DNA of 64,000 nt from contig NC_043015.1 of assembly GCF_006345805.1 (NCBI RefSeq), forward strand, positions 25,482,001 through 25,546,000, in the 5' to 3' direction. The notes under the pieces are model-generated. The model had not been told where the DNA came from. It saw nothing but the letters and a program-made list of their open reading frames with translations, and made no database searches. Positions 14,305 through 27,200 of the stretch are shown piece after piece; position 1 is the stretch's first letter, and the number at the start of each line of letters is the position of its first letter. The translations under genes and the position numbers were made by a program. The DNA is from Octopus sinensis. Taxonomy: Eukaryota.

Positions 14305-14680
14305 TCTTCTTTTACTTGTTTCACTTACTAGACTGTGGCCATGCTGGAGCACCACCTGGAGGAATTGACCCCAGGACTTAATTGTTTTTTAAGCCTGCTA
14401 CTTATTTTATTGTTCTCTTTTGCTAAACTGCTAAGTTATGAGGATGTAAACTCACCAACACCGGTTGTCAAGTGTTGGTAGGAGACAAACACAAAGACAT
14501 AGATTCACACACACACACACGATGGGCTTCTTTCAGTTTCTCTCCAGCAAATCCATTGACAAGGCTTTGGTTGGCCTGAGGCTATAGCAGAAGACAGTTT
14601 CCCCAGGTTACCAAGCAGTGGGACTGAACTTAAAACACTATGCGGTTGCTAAGTAAGTTTCTTAACTACACAACCATGTC
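14305..14680 (-). mobile_element. Family B SINE-like copy
   Basis: Reverse complement of the 34395-34806 element (ggccatgctggagcaccacc...gggcttctttcagtttc...aagtttcttaactacacaacc). Confidence 0.75.
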
Positions 14681-15602
14681 TGGGCCTGAATGATTTAATT
14701 TCATAGACATCTTTTTTTGGGGGGTTTTTGCTATGTTTTATTTAGCAAGTCAAGACAAGGAGACACAAACCCAAACATGCTTTGCAGGGCTTGTAAAATA
14801 AAAGGTCATGAATGCTGTTCATTCTTTGACTTATCCTGAAAATATTACAAAAAAGAAAATGATTGTCCTGACTCTTATTAACAGAACCAACCATACTTTC
14901 TTGTGGAAGAGGAAGCTTCTATGCACTTATGCAGCCTGCTAGAAATAGCAGCAAAATCTCACCATGATCACATCTAAAAGGTATTAGGGAAAGAAATGAC
15001 ATCATATAATGTAGCTCTATATACCCCTAAAATGAGGGATATAAAACTCCACACCTTTGGAATGCCTTTTATTTTAGGGATGATCTGGAGCAAAACAACA
15101 GTTGAACCAGATGACTGACTTTTATTTGAACATCTTAAAGCTTCAACATTTAGCAGCTGATTTGGTAGAAACACATCAGATGATCCACCATTTCTCTAAC
15201 AATTACTTTGGTCACCTTTTGGAACTCAATATCTCTACCACCCATGGATTGGAACCAAAACAAAAACATCACAGAACCCATAATTTTGAGACACACTTCT
15301 TTACATTTGGAATTGTTGAAGCATTAAATAAACTACTTACATCGATTGTTAGTTGTTAGGACATTACATCCTTCAAAAACTCCATGCTTTCCAAAATTAT
15401 CCAGTATTAATCATGATACGTTTATGAACCGTTTCCTCTTTATGGCTCTTTTGACTGATCCCTTTCCTCTCTTTTATTCCATGTCCTATACACACACTTT
15501 TAGTTTCCATTGTTGTCCTTCTTTACTTTTTGCTGTTTTTTCTCCCCTGCTACCTTTTCAAAACAAGTTATAATGCACCGAAGCACTGAGCAGAATAAGC
15601 AG

Positions 15603-15634
<32 letters not shown>

Positions 15635-15689
15635 TATTATTACTATTATTATTATTATTATTACTATTATTACTATTATTATTATTATT

Positions 15690-16098
15690 GAGTGAGCGAG
15701 CAGAGCATGCCATCAAAGTGACACTGGGGTAAAATATACGAAGCCCAGTATACCCGTCTGATAAGGGTACACGAGGCACATGCATCACAACCATATGTGC
15801 GCGACATGGTGATTTCATATCAAGATAAACAGCACATGACCTTGCAGGTGGGGCCCAGTTAGAATTTTCTTCAGATCGAGTAACCCATCCTGCTCAAAAG
15901 GTCCCTGAATAAGGGTTGTTTAAGGACGTTGAACGAAACACCCATGTTTCCAGAGGTGAATTATTCAAACCCCAAAGAATCCTTCTCAACACATGGCTAT
16001 GATGCTCCCCCACTACTTCTGCTCGTGATCAGAGATGCACATATCGTCAGCCACTAAGGGACATGCTCAACTGGTTACGGTCAAACAACTGACAAGCA
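15690..16098. mobile_element. ~410-bp interspersed repeat of unknown class embedded in (ATT)n
   Basis: GC-richer island (gagtgagcgagcagagcatgcc...caaacaactgacaagc) with sharp borders to (ATT)n on both sides. Resembles a repeat I recall from Octopus sequence; only one copy in this window. Confidence 0.55.
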
Positions 16099-16142
<44 letters not shown>

Positions 16143-16145
16143 TAC

Positions 16146-16187
<42 letters not shown>

Positions 16188-16190
16188 TAC

Positions 16191-16226
<36 letters not shown>

Positions 16227-16245
16227 CACTATTATTACTATTATT
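16099..16245. repeat. (TAT)n trinucleotide tract
   Basis: Seen directly. Confidence 0.95.
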
Positions 16246-16246
16246 T

Positions 16247-16950
16247 AAGGCAGACAGCAGGCAAAAGCATTAGTGTGCTAGGTAAAATGCTTAGCAACAT
16301 TACTTATGTTCTGAGTTCAAATTCCTTTGAGATCAACTTTGCCCTTCATCCTTTAGGGATTGATAAAATAAGTACCAGTTGAGTACTGGGTTCGATGTAA
16401 TCAACTAGTTCCCTCTTTCAAAATTTCAGGCCTTGTGCCTATAGCAGAAAGGATTATTATTATTATTAACTTTTAGACATCCTCTAATATGCATCTCTGA
16501 CTTTTGTCTTGTATTCTTCCCAATTATTCCGTCAAGACTTTCTACTAAGGTGGCAAACTAGCAGAATCTTTACCATGCTGGACAAAATGCTTAGCAGCAT
16601 TCTTTCTGGCATTCTACCGACAGAGTCCAGAGTACTGATTCTGCCAAGGTCGACTTTACCTTTTGGTCCCTTCAGAGACTGACTCCCAGTTAAGTACTAG
16701 AGTTCCTGTAATCAACTTGCCTCCTCCTCTAAAATTAGAGGCATTACACCAAAATTATAATTATAATCTGAAGCTATAAAAGCTGCTGAGTTGAACTGAA
16801 TCATTAGCACACTTGACAAAGTGCTTTGCATCATTTCTTCTGGTTTTACACTGTGAGTTAAAATTCCCACTGAGGCCAATGTAAGAGACAGGACTCTACC
16901 CACCACTGCACACATACACTTCTGACTTTGGGCTTATTGTAGAAAATTAT
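16247..16950 (+). mobile_element. Three head-to-tail family C tRNA-derived SINE-like copies following a long (TAT)n tract
   Basis: Head ggcaaaagcattag/ggcagaatc..., B box ttctgagttcaaattcc, core aactttgcccttcatcctttagggattgataaaataagtaccag, tail gaaaggattattatt. Confidence 0.75.
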
Positions 16951-17099
16951 TATATATACGTATAGTCATTGTTCAGTTTTATTTCAAAATTTCTTGCCAA
17001 AAGAGAAAGAGCTGATTTCTAACCTAGATCCAAACTCCTCCATTGAAATTTCAACATCAACAACAGGGTATTTTTGTTTGTTTGTTTGTTTGTTAGTTT

Positions 17100-17570
17100 G
17101 TTTGTTTGTATGTATGTATGTATGTATGTATGTATGTATGTATGTATGTATGCATGCATGCATGCATGTATGTGCAATTTGTATGTTTTATGTAATTATT
17201 CTCATTCTTATAGTTGCACATCTAGACATATTCATATATGTTTAAATGATCAACTACAGCATGCATACATACATACAGTTACAACTACAGCCGGCTATTA
17301 CAGATTTTACAGATTTTTACAGTTCCAGTGATGGATTGGATCTGTAGTCTTCGAATTAGCTTTCTCCTTTCTGGCTTTAAGATGCCTAATTTCTCAAGAT
17401 TGGTATTTAGGCAGTGTGTTACATATTCCAGAGCCCCAATAATTTTTGGTATAAACCTGAACTTGTAATCTGGATAGAGTAACTGCAAGATTTCTCAATA
17501 GTTCAGCATAGGTGTTTTCTTTTACATTGATCTTCAGCTTTATGTTAACATCTGCTGGGCAGTATGTATG
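17100..17570 (-). mobile_element. RLE-type LINE 3' end of a distinct family
   Basis: CPADVNIKLKINVKENTYAELLRNLQLLYPDYKFRFIPKIIGALEYVTHCLNTNLEKLG...LIRRLQIQSITGTVKICK fits the RLE C-terminus (DISCP...K...Y..L...P.IIGALG). It ends in a (CATA)/(AAAC)-type tail on the minus strand. Confidence 0.72.
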
Positions 17571-19625
17571 TAGGCATGCATGCAGGCATGTAAGTATGAA
17601 TATATGTATGTAAAGCTGGACTCAAGAGTCATCTTCATAGTCATAAAGAGAGACAGATGATTGACAACTAGGCCACTGGTGGTGGTACTACACACTATAC
17701 TAATCATATCTGTCAGGCATGTAGAAGGAAGCATAATTTGGCAAGAAGACTTAAATAACTTGCAAAGGTACATGAAGTGCAGTTACAACTACAGCTGGCT
17801 ATTGCCAGAAAAGGTTTTAGCTGCCAATTCTGTACAAGACATTGTAGATCTTTAGCTGGGCTAAAAAGTCACATTTGATCACAGCACCATTAACAGTTAA
17901 GCCTCATGCAATGGCCATACTCAATAGCGAGGGGGTAGCCATCATGTATGTATGTACGTATGCATCTATGTGCATGTATGGATAATAAGCATTGCTGTTG
18001 TATCACTCAGACACTCTAATAATTTACTTCCAAAAAACCAAACAGCCACATTCTTTGGTTAAATTCTACTGCAACTCAAACAATGCTTCTTAGTGGAATT
18101 ATTCTTTATAATTTTAAATAAACTAGTCAAGAGGGTGAGGAAGAGAGAGAGAGAGAGCTAATGGCCTTTAGAGATTCTTTCAGACACGTGAGAGAGATGT
18201 GGCTGATCCTCACCTCAAACATCTGTTGCTTGTTGTCTGCAGGAAAAGCCACCATTAATCATATAGCACGGAATAGTGTCAGCGACAAGGTCGCAGATAT
18301 ATGAGAAAATATTTTGACACTTTATATATTATACAGTATGCTATATTACAAAAACTGAAAAGAAAAAAACAGTGAATAGAAAATGGTATATATGTGTTGT
18401 GTGTATTTTAAATGGTTTTCACAGTTCTACAATAATATTAGTGTCATACAAACACATATATGCATATACACACAATCAGACATGCAAAGTTATACACACT
18501 CACACATATACAAACACACACACACATAAATTATATGTAAAATGCAATGAACAGTAAAAAAAGACAACAAACGAGACAAAATTTAATATGGTATTAGCTT
18601 AATGCTAAAAAGGAAAGAGAAAGTCTTAACTTTTTGGACATTAGTTCTTCATCAGAAGAAATAGAAAAGCAACAGACATGCACAAAACATGTATGTGTAC
18701 GCACATACACAAACACAAGTAATAGTCTTCTTCCAACATCAGCAAATATTACAATACTTGTCTCCTGCCAGAAGATTCTTTTCTTCTCTGAAGAGATAAG
18801 AGCCATAATAACTGGCCATATTGATTGAAGAAGAAATAAAATAATTATCTAATTTCTCGCTAATAGTGGATTATGTACACACACACACATTTTACATTAT
18901 ATGAATTAGATTAGTGTGATAGTTTAGAAATTCTGGTGTAGTGTAAAAAACCATTACGGGTATGTTCTCTTGAAACTTTCATTAAAACACGACTAAGCTA
19001 CTCTGATATAAAACATGCTAACATAGCTGAGAACAAATACCTCACTTTGTCCGGACTCTGGTATTCTTAGCTTCATCATGAGAATTACCATAGAATCATG
19101 CAAGTTATTCAGATAAGCATTTTTCTGACCCTCCGGATAGGCATACTTGTTCAACAAGTGCCCATCTATCAATATTCACAGGAAAAAGGTAAGGTCTATG
19201 AGCTTTGCAGGACTTTCCATACAGTTTACACTAACTCAATTGAATTCCTATCAGGACATCTATTAGCAAACATCAGTCGAAGAAACGGAGGAAGAGACAG
19301 GGTCATCATAACAGAATTGTTGGATCCTGGACAAAGCAACACACTAGGGTCTACAGTATTCTGTAATGCCTTTGTTATGGTTTTCATTGGTCTGCTAAAC
19401 CATGTCTCCTTCCCCAAGCAATACACTGGGTTCATAGTATTTTACGAAGATCAAGCTGCAACTTACACTGGGGTCCCTAGGCCATGAAACCATCCTCAAA
19501 AGAGTTCTCTGTGGCTCACAGTATTCATCAGTGCCAAGTTACCACATATTCTGAGCCTCTAGTCTGGGCAGATACCCCACCACTAGCAAAATATTTGGCA
19601 TTATATAATATTGATTGCATATTGT

Positions 19626-19822
19626 GGAACAAGGCCAGCAATTTAGGTGGAGGGGTAAGTAAATTACTTTGACCCCTGCACTCAACTTGTACTTGTTTGT
19701 CAACCCTGAAAGGATGAAAGGCAAAGTCGACCTCAGTGGAATATGAACTCAGAATGTAAAGACGGATGAAATACTGCTAAGCATTTCGCCCAGGGTGCTA
19801 ACGATTCTGCCAGCTCACTGCA
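19626..19822 (-). mobile_element. Family C SINE-like copy
   Basis: ccctgaaaggatgaaaggcaaagtcgacctcagtggaatatgaactcagaa...gctaacgattctgccagctc. Confidence 0.8.
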
Positions 19823-20427
19823 TTATACTATGACTATAATATCAATAATGACAAGCTACTGAGTACATTGGGCCTCTGGTCTGTAGAGCCAGCCCCAAGC
19901 AATACATAAAAGACTATAGTATTTATCAACAGAAAAACACAACATGCATAAGGTCGCTAAACCGTGCAGACAACCCAAAACAATGCATTGGGGTCTATAG
20001 AATTTCTTTATTGACACCAAGTCACAGCATTGATTGGATCCTAAGACCATGGGGCCTACTTTCTCTACCAGGGCAACTGCCATGTGACAGTACTGGACTG
20101 GTACAAAACCAGATGCCACAGTCTAAATGGCTGCAACAATGACCTGCACTAAAGGCACACAATGGCCAGGTGATTGTCTTTAATCTGGTGGACTGTTTGA
20201 CTAAATAATAAAGTTGCTTTGATTGGTGTAGGTTATTGAATGTCTTGTTTTAGTTTGAAGCAAGGAGCTACATTTATTTATCACCATTTATATTATATAG
20301 ACTAAAGTTTAAAAAGGTTATTAACAATTTATTACTTCCATTATAAATACACACACACAGAAGTGTGTGTGTGTATAGACATGCATAAACACATTCATAT
20401 GCATATAAATATACATATAAGTATATT

Positions 20428-20467
<40 letters not shown>

Positions 20468-20884
20468 TAGTTATATATATATACTTACACAAACACACGC
20501 ATCACATATATGTATGTTACTTGTATGTACACTATTTATGCGCGCACACACACACACACACGCGCGCGCACGCGCACACACACACACACAAACATTTGTT
20601 AATTGTGTGCACACAAGGAACTTTACTTAAGCGATTCAAATTTATCATTGTCTTTATTACGAAATGTCTGTTTAACCAGCTCTCGTTATATTTAGGCATT
20701 TATTTATTTTGTTAATCAAAATATGTAATTGATGTGTTCTTCTCTCTGAATTCTGTCAATTCCATGTAGCAATTTATCAAAAAACTAAGGAATTCAAATA
20801 TTTTGGAAAAACAAAAAAGAAAAGGAAAAATAAAAGTTACACAAAAATGGCAAAAACATAACTACAAAGAGTATCTTGTTACTG

Positions 20885-20891
20885 TTGCTGA

Positions 20892-20943
<52 letters not shown>

Positions 20944-20950
20944 GGTGGCG
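20885..20950. repeat. (GTT)n(GGT)n compound trinucleotide repeat
   Basis: Seen directly. Confidence 0.9.
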
Positions 20951-21027
20951 GTGCTGTTGTGGTTGTTAATGTTGCTGTTGTTGTAGCTGAGTCACCCCTT
21001 ACCATTCATATTCATGATTAAAATTAT

Positions 21028-21330
21028 TGGGTAAATGGTAAGAAGCTTGCTTCCCAATCACATGTCCCTGGGTTCAGTCCTACCGCATAGCACCTTGGGC
21101 AAGTGTCTTCTATTATACCAGTGGGTCAAGCAAAGCCTTATAAGTGGATCTGGTAGACAGAAACATCCTTACAACTTAGCAGTTCAGCCAAAAGAGACCA
21201 ATAAAATAAGTAACAGGCTTAAAAAACAAAATAAGTCCTGTGGTCAATTTGTTCAACTAAAATTCTTCAAGGTGGTGCCCCAGCATGGCCACAGACCGAC
21301 AGCTGAAACAAGTAAAAGACAAAAAGTTTT
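21028..21330 (+). mobile_element. Family B SINE-like copy, internally deleted
   Basis: ggtaagaagcttgcttcccaatcacatg...gggttcagtcc...ttgggcaagtgtcttc...cccagcatggccacag...gaaacaagtaaaagacaaaa. Confidence 0.75.
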
Positions 21331-23136
21331 AGTGGAGGATTTGTTTGGCCTTGCAACCTCATTTGAGGCAGAAACAAGATCTCATCGACTGAGGAGGAAC
21401 AACTGGTTCTAAAACAAAACCTGCCATTCATTATGTGATCACATGATCAACCAGACAATTGGATGTTGTTATACATCGCTGGTCACAATGCACTTTGCAT
21501 CATTTTGGCTTACAAATGATGCCACTCAGAAGCTGGCTAGTCAAGCAAGCCAACGTTCTTGCCTCTAGATCAGAAGTCTAGTCCATTGCTGGGTTAGAAC
21601 CTGTGTACAGCTCAATGGACTGAAGCAACAGGAAATGAAGTGTTTTGCGCAAGAACACAATGTGCCACTTACTGAGAATTGAACCTATAATCTAGTGATC
21701 AAGGGTGCAATACTGTAACCACTCAGCGATGCATCTTCACAAGTCATAATGTGACCCACACGAAATGGACGAGAAAGATCAAGGCACATTACAACAACTC
21801 AGAACCCATGCTAGGGATTCCATAAAAATCCTTTTGATGCCCATCCCCTAAGACTGACCCTGGATCAATGATACAAAGTTCTTGCTTTAAAGTGATCTAA
21901 ATTGAAGCCCATAATCAAAATTTCATGTTAATCTATGTTCCAAACAGCAGCTTATTAACGAGAAAGTCATCTTATTAAGTTTGTCATTGCTTTCACAGGG
22001 AATTGGAACAAAAGCAAAGTGTTTCAACAGAAATGTGTGTAGAAAAGTGTTAAAAATAATTTTAAATATTTGTTTATAAAATTGGGTCAGCGGTCAAAAG
22101 TAAACATTAGCTCAAGCCAGAACCATCTCTGATTTCACCTTTACCTAATCCATGGGTTGAGTTAATGTAGATCTCTGTATTACAAACATTTGCCTGTTTA
22201 CTTCAGTATGTATGTAACTATTTCACATTCAGTCACTAAGGTTTCTAAAAAGGGTCGTCAATGTTGTCCCTTGATTTTTACTGATTATAATGCTGGACTA
22301 CATTGTCTTAAGCAATGCTTTGAAACACTTGGATGGCTATCTTTATAGCCATCACATAGCATCGAGGGATCACCACCATCATCATCATCACTGCTGTCAT
22401 CAGTGGTGGTGGCAGCAGCTCTGTCATCCTCATCATCCTTTTCCCATGCTAAGAAAATTCATTAACCAAACTCTCATTCCTACATTTCCACTCAAAAGAA
22501 AACAAAAAAAGAAAAATGCTAAGCGCAAATTTTATCGAAATTAAATCAATAAATATAAATAATAATTAGCATTTGATTGGTTTTGCTTTTGCTTCTTTAA
22601 AATTCTCTTCTGTCAGATGTAAGATTCTGACAAACTGAATTCTGACCTTGTTTCTATTAATGTAACACCAAACTCATTTCCTAAGATTCTAACTGCTTTT
22701 TGAAAAGACAAAGGTCATCACAAAATTCTATTTCAAAGCTATCATTAAAATTATATTCATGTCTTTGTATCTAATTAAAATTGTTACAGATTTTGTGATT
22801 GATTAAAATCTTTATAACACATTTCCTGGCAAGAGCTATAAATAGAAGGAAAGACAACAGTTTAAAGACTTCTTAGGTTTTCAGTCAGTTTATCAAACAC
22901 TTCCAAGGATCCATTTTCAGTTTCTTAGTTGCTTGTTTGGAATGCTATTTAGGATTTTTTTAATATATTTTAGTTACACCTATAATGCTTTTTTGGAGAG
23001 GCATGAAGATCACAACTTCAGAGATTATATGTTCTTTAAAGTGCTTCTGTATTTTTGTCCTTCGATGTAAATTATATTTTAAGATTTTCTTAATTCAAGA
23101 ATATGAGAAAGAGAAGAAAGATGGTAGAAGAGGAAA

Positions 23137-23167
<31 letters not shown>

Positions 23168-24246
23168 TGGGGAAAGGAGGGAGAAAGTGTGAGATTGACA
23201 AAAAGACAAGAAGGAAAACAAATAGAGAGAGAAAGAAGGACAGAAAGAGAGGAAAATGGAGAAAGAACAAAATAAAAAGTGGAAGAAGAGAACTGCAAGA
23301 GAATGGAGAGACAATAAGAATAGCAAGGCTTTGTGCCAAGACAATAGGTAGAAATAATTATATAGAGTTGAGTTCTGATTACTGAACATAAATGAGACCA
23401 AAGGGAAAGAACAAGATAAACAACAACAAGAAGAACAACAACAACAACAGTATTGGATAATAAGTAAATGAGATGAAAGAATCACAAGCTGAATGGCATC
23501 CAAAGTTATAAGCTTTGAAATCTTGTGTGTTAATATTTCTTTCTTAATAATGTCCATTAACCATTACACAATATGGAAAAAATAAAAAAAGAATATTATA
23601 CAGTACATTGGAAAAGAAGTCAAAACACAAAATGATTTATATGAGGCAGAAAACAAAACAAAAAGATGAGAACCAACAATTGATTATACAATATGGTTAA
23701 TGAGGGACTTATTTAAAAACAATTTAGCGAATAAAGTTTGTTTTCCTGTATACATTATTTGATTTGATTTTTATTTTCTTGATCTGTCTTGTTTTGTTCA
23801 AGGTACAAGGCAGAAGAAAAACTACATCTACAGGACATCATCACTGTGGTTGTGAATACATATATCCCAGAATGCATCCAAAAAATGCTTCACTGAAGTG
23901 ACAAATGGTAAAACCACATTCGCCAACACATTGTAAATACTAAGGCAGATCTAGTTTCCTATCACTGCTTATTCCAGCCATTAACAGAGGCTCAATATTT
24001 CTCACATTGCAATACCCTAACATACCCTGCTTATCAACACCACCCTGTCTCAAATAATCCACCCTTTTCACAGCAAATCAGCTTCAACAAATTCCATTTG
24101 ATTTATGCAAGAATGAAAAAGTGTCTGTTAAAACAAAAATGATTCAAAGAGGAAAACTATGATACGAAGACAATGAATAAGATAACAACAATGATGATTA
24201 TAGTGGTGCTTATGACGATGATCCTCTAAAATCAACTTTTATCAAG

Positions 24247-27200
24247 GTAGGGGCCACTGACTGTATTTCATTTTCCTTCCACAGGTGGTGGCTACTGATT
24301 GCATTTCATTTTCCTTCTGCAGGTGGAGGCCACTGACTGTGATTCAATTTCCTTCCACAGGTGGGTGCAACTGATTGTATTTCATTTTCCTTCCACCTGT
24401 ATTTCATTTTCCTTCCACTGGTGGGGGCCATTCACTGTATTTCATTTTCCTTCAACAGGTGGGGCCACTGATTGTATTTCATTTTCCTTCCACAGGTGGC
24501 GCCACTGATTGTATTTCATCTTACTTTCACAGGTGAGGGCCACTGACTGCATTTCATTTTCCTTCCACAGGTGGTGGCTACTGATTGCATTTCATTTTCC
24601 TTCTGCAGGTGGAGGCCACTGACTATGATTCAATTTCCTTCCACAGGTGGGTGCAACTGATTGTATTTCATTTTCCTTCCACCTGTATTTCATTTTCCTT
24701 CCACTGGTGGGGGCCATTCACTGTATTTCATTTTCCTTCAACAGGTGGGGGCCACTGATTGTATTTCATTTTCCTTCCACAGGTGGCGCCACTGATTGTA
24801 TTTCATCTTACTTTCACAGGTGAGGGCCACTGACTGCATTTCATTTTCCTTCCACAGGTGGTGGCTACTGATTGTATTTCATTTTCCTTTCACAGGTGGG
24901 GGCCACTGACTGTATTTCCTTTTCCTTCCACAGGTGGGGTCCACAGGCTGCAATTCAATTTCTTTCCACAGGTGGGGGCCACTGACTGTATTTCATTTTC
25001 CTTCCACAGGTGGGGGCCACTGACTGTAATTCAATTTCCTTCCACAAGTGGGGGCCACTGATTGTATTTCCTTTTCCTTCCACAGGTGGGGGCCTCTGAC
25101 TCTATTTCATTTTCCTTCTGCAGGTAGGGGCCACTGACTGTATTTCATTTTCCTTCTACAGGTGGGGCCCACTGATTGTATTTCATTTTCCTTCCACTGG
25201 TGGGGGCCATTCACTGTATTTCATTTTCCTTCCACAGGTGGGGCCACTGACTCTATTTCATTTTCCTTCCACAGGTGTTGGCTACTGATTGTATTTCATT
25301 TTCCTTCCACTAGTGGGGGCCATTCACTGTATTTCATTCTCCTTCCACAGGTGGGGTCACCGACTGTATTTCAATTTGCTTCAACAGGTGGGGGCCATTC
25401 ACCGTATTTCATTTTCCTTCCACTGGTGGGGGCCACTGACTGTATTTCCTTTTCCTTCCACAGGTGGTGGCTACTGATTGTATTTCATTTTCCTTTCACA
25501 TGTGGCGGCCACTGACTCGATTTCATTTTCCTTTCACAGGTGGGGCCACTGACAGTATTCCATTTTCCTTCCACAGGTGGGGGTCACTGACTGTATGTCA
25601 TTTTCCTTCCACAGGTGGGGGCCACTGATTGTATTTCCTTTTCCTTTCACAGGTGGGGGCCACTGACTCTATTTCCTTTTCCTTCCACAGGTGGGGACCT
25701 CTGACTCTATTTCATTTTCCTCCAGCAGGTAGGGGCCACTGACTGTATTTCATTTTCCTTCTACAGGTGGGGCCCACTGATTGTATTTCATTTTCCTTCC
25801 ACTGGTGGGGGCCATTCACTGTATTTCATTTTCCTTTCACAGGTGGGGCCACTGATTGTATTTCATCTTACTTTCACAGGTGAGGGCCACTGACTGCATT
25901 TCATTTTCCATCCACAGGTGGTGGCTACTGATTGTATTTCATTTACATTTCACAGGTGGGGCCCACTGACTGTATTTCCTTTTCCTTCCACAGGTGGGGT
26001 CCACAGGCTGCAATTCAATTTCTTTCTACAGGTGGGGGCCACTGACTGTATTTCATTTTCCTTCCACAGGTGGGGGCCACTGACTGTAATTCAATTTCCT
26101 TCCACAAGTGGGGGCCACTGATTGTATTTCCTTTTCCTTCCACAGGTGGGGGCCTCTGACTCTATTTCATTTTCCTTCTGCAGGTAGGGGCCACTGACTG
26201 TATTTCATTTTCCTTCTACAGGTGGGGCCCACTGATTGTATTTCATTTTCCTTCCACTGGTGGGGGCCATTCACTGTATTTCATTTTCCTTCCACAGGTG
26301 GGGGCCACTGACTCTATTTCATTTTCCTTCCACAGGTGTTGGCTACTGATTGTTTTCATTTTCCTTCCACTGGTGGGGGCCATTCACTGTATTTCATTTT
26401 CCTTCCACAGGTGGTGGCTACTGATTGTATTTCATTTTCCTTCCACTGGTGGGGGCCATTCACTGTATTTCATTCTCCCTCCACAGGTGGGGTCACCGAC
26501 TGTATTTCAATTTGCTTCAACAGGTGGGGGCCATTCACTGTATTTCATTTTCCTTCCACTGGTGGGGGCCACTGACTGTATTTCCTTTTCCTTCCACAGG
26601 TGGTGGCTACTGATTGTATTTCATTTTCCTTTCACATGTGGCGGCCACTGACTCGATTTCATTTTCCTTTCACAGGTGGGGCCACTGACAGTATTCCATT
26701 TTCCTTCCACAGATGGGGGTCACTGACTGTATTTCATTTTCCTTCTACAGGTGGGGGTCACTGACTGTATGTCATTTTCCTTCCACAGGTGGGGGCCACT
26801 GATTGTATTTCCTTTTCCTTTCACAGGTGGGGGCCACTGACTCTATTTCCTTTTCCTTCCACAGGTGGGGGCCTCTGACTCTATTTCATTTTCCTCCAGC
26901 AGGTGGGGCCCACTGATTGTATTTCATTTTCCTTCCACTGGTGGGGGCCATTCACTGTATTTCATTTTCCTTCCACAGGTGGGGCCACCGACTGTATTTC
27001 AATTTGCTTCAACAGGTGGGGGCCATTCACTGTATTTCATTTTCCTTCCACTGGTGGGGGCCATTCACTGTATTTCATTTTCCTTCAACAGGTGGGGCCA
27101 CTGACTGTATTTCCTTTTCCTTCCGCAGGTGGTGGCTACTGATTGTATTTCATTTTCCTTTCACATGTGGCGGCCACTGACTCGATTTCATTTTCCTTTC

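Noticed and set aside
19000-20160. Possible Gypsy pol (RT/RNase H) remnant on the minus strand (RWALVEQVCLS resembling RYAVIELECLA)
   Set aside because: Too degraded to support by eye and no LTRs seen; needs a tblastx or HMM search.
25118-25130. CAGGTAG (Zelda/TAGteam motif) in some satellite units
   Set aside because: Zelda is known from arthropods, and the motif here is a one-base variant of the CAGGTGG unit.
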